Assembly: GCA_949297305.1 (NCBI GenBank)
Contig: CASFSG010000057.1
Span: 1 to 49,088, forward strand
DNA length: 49,088 nucleotides
Direction: 5' to 3'
Source: an uncultured bacterium
GTDB lineage: Bacteria; Bacillota_I; Bacilli_A; RFN20; CAG-826
Shown here: positions 39,401 through 48,192 of the stretch, piece after piece
Layout of the letters: the number at the start of each line of letters is the position of its first letter
How positions within the stretch are numbered: position 1 is the first letter of the stretch
Made by a program: the position numbers and the translations under genes
The notes under the pieces: model-generated
Told to the model about the DNA's origin: nothing
What the model saw: only the letters and a program-made list of their open reading frames with translations
Databases searched by the model: none

Positions 39401-39542
39401 TCTCATCAAGAACCACTTTTAGGGGAATGAAAAAAAGTGGTAGCAACTCTATCTTCAGTAAGTGCTCTTCCCTAGCGAAATATTTTATTTCGAGCGATGA
39501 GAAAGTTTATAGGAAGCTTTCCATCACGAAAGCTTTTCTTTT
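39401..39542 (+). promoter_or_regulatory. SAM-I-superfamily riboswitch (variant) with terminator/antiterminator platform
   Basis: P1 TCTCATC/GATGAGA, J1/2 AAGA, P3 AGCAACT...AGTGCT, P4 CGAAATA/TATTTCG, terminator AAGCTTTC/GAAAGCTT with U tract; upstream of metK. Confidence 0.85.
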
Positions 39543-39552
39543 AGGAGGTTAA

Positions 39553-40728
39553 ATGAAATTTAAATCTAATTTATTTACTAGCGAAGCCGTTAGTGAAGGT
39601 CATCCAGATAAAATATGCGATCGTATCGCCGATGCAATTTTGGATTATGCTTTAAAACATGATCCATATAGTCATAGCGCCATCGAATGCTTTGCCTCGA
39701 CTAATATTTTAATTATTGGTGGCGAAGTTACTTTAACAAACAACACTGTTATTCCCTATGAAGACATCGCTCGGCGTGTCATTAAAGATATCGGCTATGA
39801 TAAGGATGAATATGGTTTTAATTATCAAACAGTAAAAATTATTAATCTTGTTAAAACTCAATCAATCGAAATTAATAATAGCGTTGTAGCCGACGATGTT
39901 TTAAACATTGGGGCCGGCGATCAAGGCATCATGTTTGGCTATGCTTCAAATGAAACAGAAGGTTATATGCCTTTAGCAATTTCCATTGCTCAAAAATTGG
40001 TACGCGTCGCGACTAATAAACGTAAAAACGGCGAGTTTAAAGGCGCTAGGCCAGACATGAAATCGCAAGTAACTATCGATTACACTAACCCAGTTGCTTC
40101 TAAAGTAGTTACTGTTTTGATGGCGATTCAGCATGATCCTAATATCGATATTAAAGCTTTTAAAAAATACGCAATAGACGAAATAATTATGCCAACTTTA
40201 AAATCATTTAAGGTCGATGCAAGCGGTGTTGAAATATTAATTAATACTTCTGGCAGTTTTACTATTGGTGGTCCGATGGGTGATACAGGTTTAACCGGTC
40301 GAAAAATTATTGTTGATACTTATGGCGGAGCTTCGCGACATGGTGGTGGTTCTTTTTCTGGAAAAGATCCGACCAAAGTCGATCGAAGCGCTTCTTACAT
40401 GGCTAGATATATAGCTAAAAATTTAGTTGCAAGCGGAGTTGCTAAACGCCTAGAAGTTCAACTTTCTTATGCGATTGGCAAAAAAGATCCAATTTCGGTT
40501 TCTTTATCTACTTTTGGCACTTCTAATCTCGATGATGAAAAAATCTTAAATATCATCAGCAAAGTGTTTGATTTAAGAGTAGGGGCAATTATTCAAAATT
40601 TCTCTTTAAGATGCCCAACATTTAGATATGAAGGCCTTGCAAATTATGGACATTTTGGTCGTCCAGATATCGACTTACCTTATGAAAAATTAGATAAAGT
40701 TGAAGAAATAAAATCGCTTCTTGACTAA
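39553..40728 (+). CDS. metK: S-adenosylmethionine synthetase
   Basis: FTSEAVSEGHPDK, GAGDQG, GLTGRKIIVDTYGG, SGKDPTKVDRS. Confidence 0.99.
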   Translation: MKFKSNLFTSEAVSEGHPDKICDRIADAILDYALKHDPYSHSAIECFASTNILIIGGEVTLTNNTVIPYEDIARRVIKDIGYDKDEYGFNYQTVKIINLVKTQSIEINNSVVADDVLNIGAGDQGIMFGYASNETEGYMPLAISIAQKLVRVATNKRKNGEFKGARPDMKSQVTIDYTNPVASKVVTVLMAIQHDPNIDIKAFKKYAIDEIIMPTLKSFKVDASGVEILINTSGSFTIGGPMGDTGLTGRKIIVDTYGGASRHGGGSFSGKDPTKVDRSASYMARYIAKNLVASGVAKRLEVQLSYAIGKKDPISVSLSTFGTSNLDDEKILNIISKVFDLRVGAIIQNFSLRCPTFRYEGLANYGHFGRPDIDLPYEKLDKVEEIKSLLD

Positions 40729-40837
40729 TTAAATAATGACTTAATAAAAAAATTTATTTAGTTATTTTTTTTAAGTGGCTTTTAAGCGATAATATAAGTA
40801 GCTAATTTCATAAAGAAATTTTAGAAAGGAGCGAATT

Positions 40838-41392
40838 ATGAAATATCAACTTATTGGTAAAAACATTACCGTAACTGATGGCATAAGAAGCGCGGTTGAA
40901 AAGAAACTTTCGCGCATGGAAAAATACTTTGTCATCACCGATGATGTCAATTGCCGCGTCGTTGTCAGATCTTACAAAATTGGAGCAAAAATTGAGGTGA
41001 CAATTTTTACGCCACAAATGGATTTTAGAGCCGAAGTGACAAATAATGATTTGTACGCGGGTGTCGACTTAGCGATCGATAAACTAGAAGGTCAAATGCG
41101 TAAACTTAAAACTCGCATGGACCGCACAAAAGCTAAACAAGGTCTTGGAAAATCAATCGCTTTTGAAAATTTTGAAGCCGATTTAAAAGAGATGGAAAAA
41201 GAAGACCATGTTGTTAGAACTAAGTCTTATTATCTAGAAGGAATGACTTTAGAAGAAGCCATTACGCGCATGGAAGCTCTCGATCACCCGTTCTTTATTT
41301 ATTTAGATAAAGAAGACGATCGCATTTCTGTTTGCTATTCTCGTGAAGAAGGTGGCTATGGAGTTATTCAAGCCGAAAATCCTTTAAAGTAA
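40838..41392 (+). CDS. hpf: Ribosome hibernation promoting factor, long form
   Basis: GKNITVT, DLYAGVDLAIDKLEGQMRK, C-terminal VRTK...MTLEEAI-RME-LDH dimerisation domain. Confidence 0.95.
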   Translation: MKYQLIGKNITVTDGIRSAVEKKLSRMEKYFVITDDVNCRVVVRSYKIGAKIEVTIFTPQMDFRAEVTNNDLYAGVDLAIDKLEGQMRKLKTRMDRTKAKQGLGKSIAFENFEADLKEMEKEDHVVRTKSYYLEGMTLEEAITRMEALDHPFFIYLDKEDDRISVCYSREEGGYGVIQAENPLK

Positions 41393-41409
41393 TTTAGTTT
41401 TTTAATTAT

Positions 41410-41440
41410 AGACCTTCAGTGCGAAGGTCTTTTTCTTTTG
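41410..41440 (+). terminator. Intrinsic terminator after hpf
   Basis: AGACCTTC-AGTGC-GAAGGTCT followed by TTTTCTTTT. Confidence 0.85.
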
Positions 41441-41477
41441 TTTGCTATTCGCCTATTCTTATAAATACTTTTTTAAC

Positions 41478-41505
41478 TTGTCTTTACGCTGTTTTATTAT
41501 AAAAT
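41478..41505 (+). promoter_or_regulatory. Sigma-A promoter, probably giving a leaderless mRNA
   Basis: TTGTCT, 16 nt, TAAAAT, 7 nt, ATG 41513; no SD. Confidence 0.6.
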
Positions 41506-41512
41506 AAAACCG

Positions 41513-42358
41513 ATGAAAAAGATGATCGCCACCGATTTAGATGGTACATTATTCTTTCCTAAAGCTCGCTTTCGCTTAATTCGCCCAAAGGCTCTTAAAT
41601 TTATTCGTTCTTTTATCGATGAGGGCGGTGAATTTGTTGTTGTCAGTGGTCGCAATGAATTTTTTGGTCAAAAAGTCCAAAAGAAAATCGCGCGACCAAT
41701 TGGTATTATCGGTTGTAATGGTTCTTTTATTATGCAAAATAATAAGAAAATTTTTGAAAATTATTTTAATAACGAAAAATTAAAAAATCTTTTGAGCGAT
41801 ATTGAGAAAATCTATCGACCTATGTGCATTTTTATTATGACCAAAAAACATAATATGATTTGTCATCCGACTCGCAAATTTGGTTTATATGCTGCTTCGT
41901 ATCTTTTGTATTATTTCTTGCAAGGTGCATATCGCGAACCAACTTGTTTTTCTCAAAAAGCCTATTTTGATGAATTGGACAAAGGTAAAACCTACAAAGT
42001 TCTCATTATGTTTGGCGTCACTAATAAAGCAAAAATAAAAGCGAAAGAAATTAATAAAGCATTGCGAAGTAAATACTATGATGAGTTTGAATTTTCTTAC
42101 GCTGGGCAAGGAATAGAAATTTCTCCGAGCAACTGTTCTAAAGCCGAAGGATTGAAAAATTATATTAATTATTTTAAAATTAACCACGATAACGTTTACG
42201 TTATTGGTGATTCTGGAAATGATATTTCTATGTTTCATGAATTTTATGAAAATAGTTTCTGTATGGCTCATGCCCCTATATTCGTCTCGAAATATGCAAA
42301 TCATATAGTAAACAATTTCATAGAAATCGAGAAATATATTAAGAAAGAAGGAAAATAA
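41513..42358 (+). CDS. Cof-like HAD-IIB hydrolase
   Basis: ATDLDGTL, VSGR, CNGS, SKAEGL, IGDSGNDISMF. Confidence 0.92.
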   Translation: MKKMIATDLDGTLFFPKARFRLIRPKALKFIRSFIDEGGEFVVVSGRNEFFGQKVQKKIARPIGIIGCNGSFIMQNNKKIFENYFNNEKLKNLLSDIEKIYRPMCIFIMTKKHNMICHPTRKFGLYAASYLLYYFLQGAYREPTCFSQKAYFDELDKGKTYKVLIMFGVTNKAKIKAKEINKALRSKYYDEFEFSYAGQGIEISPSNCSKAEGLKNYINYFKINHDNVYVIGDSGNDISMFHEFYENSFCMAHAPIFVSKYANHIVNNFIEIEKYIKKEGK

Positions 42359-43225
42359 ATGTCTGAAGTAAACAATTTCACACGCATCATTGGCGATTTT
42401 GTGCGTGTTAATAGTGTCATTCGAGATTGCCTTGAATACGCTATCACAAAACCTAATTATTCTAAAGTTTTTTATGATAACCGCAAAAAAGCTTTAGAGA
42501 TGACTATCACTCAACAATCCCCTCTAAAAGTTGCTTGCGATAATAATGGTGAATTAGGTGAAAAATTATTTAACGCATTAAAAGAATTTTTTGAAACAAT
42601 TTTTGGTGAGGGAACAACTATCGTCACTATTCGTAACGATGAAGTTACTGTCGATAGTGCCCAACATCTTACAATCTTAGAAAAAGCAATCCCGTTGCAC
42701 GAAGAGATTAACCGCATGAAAATTGCTCATGTTGAAGCAGCGAAGAAAAATCAAAAATGGGATGATGAAATTCTCATTAAATTAGTTGAAATAGAAGAGA
42801 AATATTATCGCGGATTTGTCAATACTGTACTTTTTAACGAATTTGAAAAATTGTTTAACGAATACAATAAAGCCCGCATTGAAGCAAAAGGTGCGATTAC
42901 TCCTCAATCAAACTTTATTCAAAACGATATTGGTGTGGTCATACGTTTATTCAATCTAGTAAGGGCTAATGCGATGGTGCGTAGTCTCGATTATTATGAA
43001 TTTATCGATCCTTTATTTGCTCTATTGGAATGTGCGACTGGCCGAAGAGATTTAAAAGAAGGACAAAAATTCGCCGATTTATTTAAAGAAGTTCGAGAAA
43101 AAATTAATATTTATATTAAAGCGACTGGGCCAGTCTTTGAAAGTACTTATAATGCTTTCGTTAAAGAAATGGTCGAGGATAGTCGCAAAATGCAAGAAAA
43201 AGCCGCCAAAGAGCACGGCGCATAA
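42359..43225 (+). CDS. Hypothetical soluble alpha-helical protein
   Basis: 288-codon ORF with SD GAAGGA, starting directly after the upstream stop; no motif recognised. Confidence 0.8.
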   Translation: MSEVNNFTRIIGDFVRVNSVIRDCLEYAITKPNYSKVFYDNRKKALEMTITQQSPLKVACDNNGELGEKLFNALKEFFETIFGEGTTIVTIRNDEVTVDSAQHLTILEKAIPLHEEINRMKIAHVEAAKKNQKWDDEILIKLVEIEEKYYRGFVNTVLFNEFEKLFNEYNKARIEAKGAITPQSNFIQNDIGVVIRLFNLVRANAMVRSLDYYEFIDPLFALLECATGRRDLKEGQKFADLFKEVREKINIYIKATGPVFESTYNAFVKEMVEDSRKMQEKAAKEHGA

Positions 43226-43265
43226 ATTTCTTGCGTTTCGTTAATGGGGTGGTAAACTTATGTCG

Positions 43266-43703
43266 ATGAAAAAAGATATGAAAACAAAAAACAATTCTGA
43301 AAACACCTTCTCTTGGAAGGAAATAACTTGCTATGTCATCAGCGGTCTAATCACAATGTTTGGCCTCATTTTGATGGTCTTGCATTTAGTCGCGCGCTTT
43401 AGCAATGAAAATGCGAACACTAATCCCTTGAAAATTGCTGAAAATAATTTGATGCAAGCGATGAATGTTCCAATTAACTTTTTAGGCTATGGTTTAATTT
43501 TCTTCTCTTTAGGAATTGTTATCCTAATCATTACGCTTGCCGTTAATGCGAAGAAAACTGATCGCATAATTGAAAAAGAAATGCGTCGTCAACAACGCTT
43601 AGCCTCTTCTTTAATCGATGAAGGCCAAGATAAGATAATCGAAGCTGAAATCGTCAAAAACGAAGATGAAGTTACCCCAACTTTAACTGCGAAAGAACAA
43701 TAA
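43266..43703 (+). CDS. Hypothetical 2-TM membrane protein with charged C-terminal tail
   Basis: Two hydrophobic segments; start at 43260 or 43266. Confidence 0.78.
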   Translation: MKKDMKTKNNSENTFSWKEITCYVISGLITMFGLILMVLHLVARFSNENANTNPLKIAENNLMQAMNVPINFLGYGLIFFSLGIVILIITLAVNAKKTDRIIEKEMRRQQRLASSLIDEGQDKIIEAEIVKNEDEVTPTLTAKEQ

Positions 43704-43734
43704 TATCTTCGCATAGTTATTAATGCTATGATTG

Positions 43735-43758
43735 AGCTCCTGCGGGAGCTTTTTTATT
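43735..43758 (+). terminator. Intrinsic terminator
   Basis: AGCTCC-TGCG-GGAGCT followed by TTTTATTT. Confidence 0.8.
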
Positions 43759-43784
43759 TATAAAAAATATATTAAAAAGGGCTA

Positions 43785-43836
43785 TTGACTAATATAAAAA
43801 AATAATTAAAATACGAATTGTTGTATCTCAAACTAT
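43785..43836 (+). promoter_or_regulatory. Promoter and putative MarR operator
   Basis: TTGACT, 16 nt, TAAAAT (43807-43812); imperfect palindrome ATTGTT-N8-AACTAT (43817-43836) over the expected start site. Confidence 0.55.
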
Positions 43837-43840
43837 TATT

Positions 43841-44293
43841 ATGAAAAGCAATAAATTCGACTCAATTACCTTTAGTATCAAACGCCTTAATGCTCTATTG
43901 ACGCGAACGTTTTGCAATTTAAATTCAATCCGTTCTTTAGATGAACAAATAGGTTCCTCAGCTTTTTTGCTCGCTTATTTATATGATCATCGCGATTTTG
44001 ATATTTCGCAAAAAGACATTGAGGTTCGCTTTGCTATTACTAAAGGTACTTTATCGAAAACCTTATCCCTTTTAGAGCAGAAGGGGTATATAAATCGCCT
44101 TGCTAGCGAAAGCGATCATCGCTATCGCTATGTAACATTAACTCCTCTAGGCGAGGAAACATATCACAATATTCAATTAGAGGCTAATAGATTAGAGGAA
44201 GAACTTTTGAAGAATTTTTCGGAAGAAGATCGCAAACGATTTCTTATCTATTTAAAAAAAGCCATGTACAATTTAGAAAATTTTAATTCATAG
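43841..44293 (+). CDS. MarR family transcriptional regulator
   Basis: SQKDIE...TLSKTLSLLEQKGYINR...DHR...LTPLG. Confidence 0.93.
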   Translation: MKSNKFDSITFSIKRLNALLTRTFCNLNSIRSLDEQIGSSAFLLAYLYDHRDFDISQKDIEVRFAITKGTLSKTLSLLEQKGYINRLASESDHRYRYVTLTPLGEETYHNIQLEANRLEEELLKNFSEEDRKRFLIYLKKAMYNLENFNS

Positions 44294-44308
44294 GAGGCTA
44301 GACATATT

Positions 44309-46180
44309 ATGCGCAATAAAAAAAGTAATTTGCCAAAAAAACATAAAGGTGTTATTCGCACTTTAGCCCGTTCGGTTCGTCAATATAAAGTATATGCAAT
44401 TTTAAATCCTTTCTTTATGGCTTTTGAAACATTATGTGAATGTTTAATTCCTTTTGTTATTGGCCAATTAATTAACTTTATTCAAGATGTTCCTCCCTCT
44501 GGGTTTTTAGCTCAAATTATTTATGCTTTTGGTGGAAATCCTAATGGCGTCGGAGAAGAAAGGGATTTTATCGCTTTAATTGTCTTAGGTAGCGTTTTAT
44601 TAGTTTTGGCATTGCTCTCTTTAACGTTTGGCTTTCTAGGGGGTAAATTTGCAGCGATTGCTTCTACTGGGTTTGCTGCTAATTTAAGGCAAGACATTTT
44701 CTATAAAATTCAAGAGTTTAGCTTTGCTAATATTGATAAATTCTCAACTTCTTCTTTAGTTACTAGAATGACTACCGATGTCAATAATGTTCAAATGTCG
44801 TTCCAAATGCTTATTCGCATCGTCATTAGAGTACCTTTGATGATGATTTTTTCTGTAATCATGACCTTTAGTGTCAACGCGACATTAAGCTGGATTTTCG
44901 TGGCATTATTACCTGTTTTAGGGTTTGTTTTAATTTTTATATCTTTAAGAGCATACAAGATATTTAATAAATTATTTACTAAATACGACGATTTAAATGC
45001 CTCGGTTCAAGAAAATGTTAAAGGCATTCGCGTCGTCAAATCTTATGTTCGTGAAGAATTTGAAAAGAATAAATTTGCTAAAGCTAGTGGCAATTTAATG
45101 ACCGGATTTATTAAAGCCGAAAAATTAGTGGCTTGGACAACTCCGGCAATGAACGTGACCATTCATGTTTCTAATATTTTAATTGGCACGATTGGCGCTT
45201 TAGCGGTCTATTATACTTCAATTGGAGATTATCGTTTCGGTGCTTTAGCGGTTGGTGATATGTCTTCATTAATCACCTACGGTATTCAAATTTTATCATC
45301 ATTAATGATGTTATCGATGGTAATGGTGATGCTAGTAATGTCAATTACCAGTGCGAATCGTATCTATGAAGTTTTAGTTGAAAAATCAACGATTATTAAT
45401 CCCCTTGATCCAATTTATGATGTTGAAAATGGTTCGATTGATTTTGATAATGTTAGTTTTAAATATTCGCTGACTGCTGAAAAATTTGCTTTGGCTGATG
45501 TTAATTTACACATTAAATCAGGGATGACGGTTGGTATCATTGGCTCTACCGGTTCATCTAAATCGACATTAGTTAATTTAATTTCTCGTTTATATGATAC
45601 GACAGAAGGGGATGTTCGAGTTGGCGGTAGGAATGTCAAAGATTATGACTTAAAGACTCTACGAGATAATGTGGCAGTGGTCCTACAAAAAAATGTTCTT
45701 TTCTCGGGGACGATTAAAGATAATTTGCGTTGGGGAAAAGAAAATGCGACTGATGAAGAAATGATCGATGCTTGTAAAATCGCTCATGCGGATGAATTCG
45801 TTCAAACTTTTCCTGATAAATATGATACTTATATTGAACAAGGTGGGACGAATGTTAGCGGTGGTCAAAAACAACGTTTATGCATTGCCCGCGCTTTATT
45901 AAAAAATCCTAAAATTATCATTTTTGATGACTCGACAAGTGCAGTCGATACGCGCACTGACGCCCAAATTCGTAAATCGTTAAAAGAAGATTTGCCTAAC
46001 GTTACCAAAATTATCATTTCACAACGCGTTTCTTCGGTTGAAGACGCTGATATGATAATTGTTATGGATAATGGCAAAATCAATGGTTTAGGCACCAATG
46101 ATGAGTTATTAGCGACCAACGCAATTTATCAAGAAATTCATACGATTCAAAACAATATAGGAGGTAAGCCAAATGCCTAG
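44309..46180 (+). CDS. ABC exporter, degenerate subunit of a TM287/288-type heterodimer
   Basis: TMD plus NBD; GSTGSSKST, VSGGQKQR, IFDDSTS (catalytic E to D), ISQR (H to Q). Confidence 0.93.
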   Translation: MRNKKSNLPKKHKGVIRTLARSVRQYKVYAILNPFFMAFETLCECLIPFVIGQLINFIQDVPPSGFLAQIIYAFGGNPNGVGEERDFIALIVLGSVLLVLALLSLTFGFLGGKFAAIASTGFAANLRQDIFYKIQEFSFANIDKFSTSSLVTRMTTDVNNVQMSFQMLIRIVIRVPLMMIFSVIMTFSVNATLSWIFVALLPVLGFVLIFISLRAYKIFNKLFTKYDDLNASVQENVKGIRVVKSYVREEFEKNKFAKASGNLMTGFIKAEKLVAWTTPAMNVTIHVSNILIGTIGALAVYYTSIGDYRFGALAVGDMSSLITYGIQILSSLMMLSMVMVMLVMSITSANRIYEVLVEKSTIINPLDPIYDVENGSIDFDNVSFKYSLTAEKFALADVNLHIKSGMTVGIIGSTGSSKSTLVNLISRLYDTTEGDVRVGGRNVKDYDLKTLRDNVAVVLQKNVLFSGTIKDNLRWGKENATDEEMIDACKIAHADEFVQTFPDKYDTYIEQGGTNVSGGQKQRLCIARALLKNPKIIIFDDSTSAVDTRTDAQIRKSLKEDLPNVTKIIISQRVSSVEDADMIIVMDNGKINGLGTNDELLATNAIYQEIHTIQNNIGGKPNA

Positions 46181-48140
46181 AAGTGCTCCTCGAGGTGGTC
46201 GAAGAATGGCCTCTTTAGATATTAAAGGTTTATTGCAACAAGGCGTTTTAAAACGTTTATTAAATATTCTTTGGAAGCAATATCGCGGTCGTTTGATTTT
46301 GATTATGATTTGCATCTTATTTACCTGCGTTGGTAACCTTGCTAGCTCTGTCTTTATGCAATTAATCATCAGTCAATTTATTCAACCAGCCGTAGCGTCC
46401 AAAGCGATTGAACCTTATATTCGGAATTTAATCTATGTCGTTTCCGGTATGGGCTTTGTTTATATATTAAGTTTTGTAGCTTTTGCTACTTATTCGCAAG
46501 TTTTAGCCCGCCTAACTCATGTCATTATGAACGACATACGTATTCAAATGTTTAACAAGATGGAATCTTTACCGATTAAATATTTTGATACTCATTCACA
46601 CGGTGATATCATGTCGCATTACACTAATGATATTGATTCTATTCGTCAATTTATTTCCCAATCTTTGCCACAATTGTTTTCTACTGCCTGTGCAGTTACT
46701 TTAGTGTTAGTTGCTATGACTGTGTATTCCGTATGGCTTCTTTTAGTTGTTTTACTTGGTGTTGTCATCATTTTACTTGTCACTAGAAATATCGGTGGCA
46801 AAAGTACCAAATATTTCTATGAACAACAAGTTTCTGTTGGTAAACTCGAAGGTTTTATCGAAGAAATGATGGCGGGATTAAAAGTCATCAAAGTTTTCAC
46901 TCACGAAGAAAAAATTAAATCGCAATTTGATGGCGTTAATGGTGAATTATGTTCTAATTCAACCAAAGCAAACTATTTAGGTAATATTTTGATGCCAGTT
47001 TTAAACAATATTGGTAATGTGACCTATGTTTTAGTTGCTACTGTTGCTGTTATTTTAATGCACTTTGATGTTCCTAATTTTGGTTGGATTTGTTTTAGTG
47101 GTTTATCGACGCATATTTGGCCAACCATCGATGCTTCAATCATTGTTACCTTTTTAATGTTGACGCGGGGATTAAATCAAAATATTTCGCAAGTGTCACA
47201 ACAAATTGCAATGGCATCGATGGCGATTGCAGGGGCTCAACGTGTTTTTGCCCTAATTGATGAAGAGCCAGAAGTTGATAACGGCTATGTTACCTTAGTG
47301 AACGCCAAATGGGAAAATGGCAATTTGGTTGAAACAAAGGATCGCTCCTACCATGTTTGGGCGTGGAAGCATCCTCATCACGATGGGACAACGACCTTAA
47401 CCGAGCTAAAAGGTGATATTTTATTTGATGATGTCGATTTTGGTTATGTACCTGAAAAGATTGTTTTACATAATGTATCGATTTATGCTCATCCAGGACA
47501 AAAGATTGCTTTTGTTGGGGCAACTGGGGCAGGAAAAACTACAATTACGAATTTATTGAATCGTTTTTATGACATTCAAGATGGTAAAATTCGTTATGAC
47601 GGCATTAATATCAACAAAATTAAGAAAGACGATTTGAGAAGATCTTTAGGTATTGTCTTACAAGACACAAATTTATTTACGATGTCGGTAATGGATAATA
47701 TTCGTTATGGGCGCTTAAATGCGACCGATGAAGAAGTTTATAGAGCTGCTAAAATCGCAAATGCATATGATTTTATAACTCGCTTGCCAGAGGGATTTAA
47801 TACAATTATTCGCGCTGATGGTGCCAACTTATCACAAGGACAACGACAATTGATTTCAATCGCGCGAGCAGCCTGTGCCGATGCACCAGTAATGATTTTA
47901 GATGAAGCGACCTCTTCAATTGATACGCGTACCGAACAATTAGTCCAAAAAGGCACTGATGAGTTGATGAAAGGACGTACAGTTTTTGTCATCGCTCACC
48001 GTTTATCAACGGTGCAAAATAGCGACGCCATTATGGTCTTAGAGCATGGCAGAATTATCGAACGCGGTAATCATGAAACTTTAATTGCTCAAAAAGGTGT
48101 CTATTATCAGCTTTATACCGGTGCGTTTGAATTAGAATAA
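46173..48140 (+). CDS. ABC exporter, consensus subunit
   Basis: GATGAGKTT, LSQGQRQ, ILDEATSSID, IAHRLST. Confidence 0.93.
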   Translation: MPRSAPRGGRRMASLDIKGLLQQGVLKRLLNILWKQYRGRLILIMICILFTCVGNLASSVFMQLIISQFIQPAVASKAIEPYIRNLIYVVSGMGFVYILSFVAFATYSQVLARLTHVIMNDIRIQMFNKMESLPIKYFDTHSHGDIMSHYTNDIDSIRQFISQSLPQLFSTACAVTLVLVAMTVYSVWLLLVVLLGVVIILLVTRNIGGKSTKYFYEQQVSVGKLEGFIEEMMAGLKVIKVFTHEEKIKSQFDGVNGELCSNSTKANYLGNILMPVLNNIGNVTYVLVATVAVILMHFDVPNFGWICFSGLSTHIWPTIDASIIVTFLMLTRGLNQNISQVSQQIAMASMAIAGAQRVFALIDEEPEVDNGYVTLVNAKWENGNLVETKDRSYHVWAWKHPHHDGTTTLTELKGDILFDDVDFGYVPEKIVLHNVSIYAHPGQKIAFVGATGAGKTTITNLLNRFYDIQDGKIRYDGININKIKKDDLRRSLGIVLQDTNLFTMSVMDNIRYGRLNATDEEVYRAAKIANAYDFITRLPEGFNTIIRADGANLSQGQRQLISIARAACADAPVMILDEATSSIDTRTEQLVQKGTDELMKGRTVFVIAHRLSTVQNSDAIMVLEHGRIIERGNHETLIAQKGVYYQLYTGAFELE

Positions 48141-48192
48141 AAATAAAAAAATTGATTTAATTTATGTCAATATTTTACTACAATATACTTGT

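Noticed and set aside
44309-46180. Degenerate Walker B and switch motifs as a sign of a pseudogene or novelty
   Set aside because: This is the standard degenerate subunit of heterodimeric ABC exporters.
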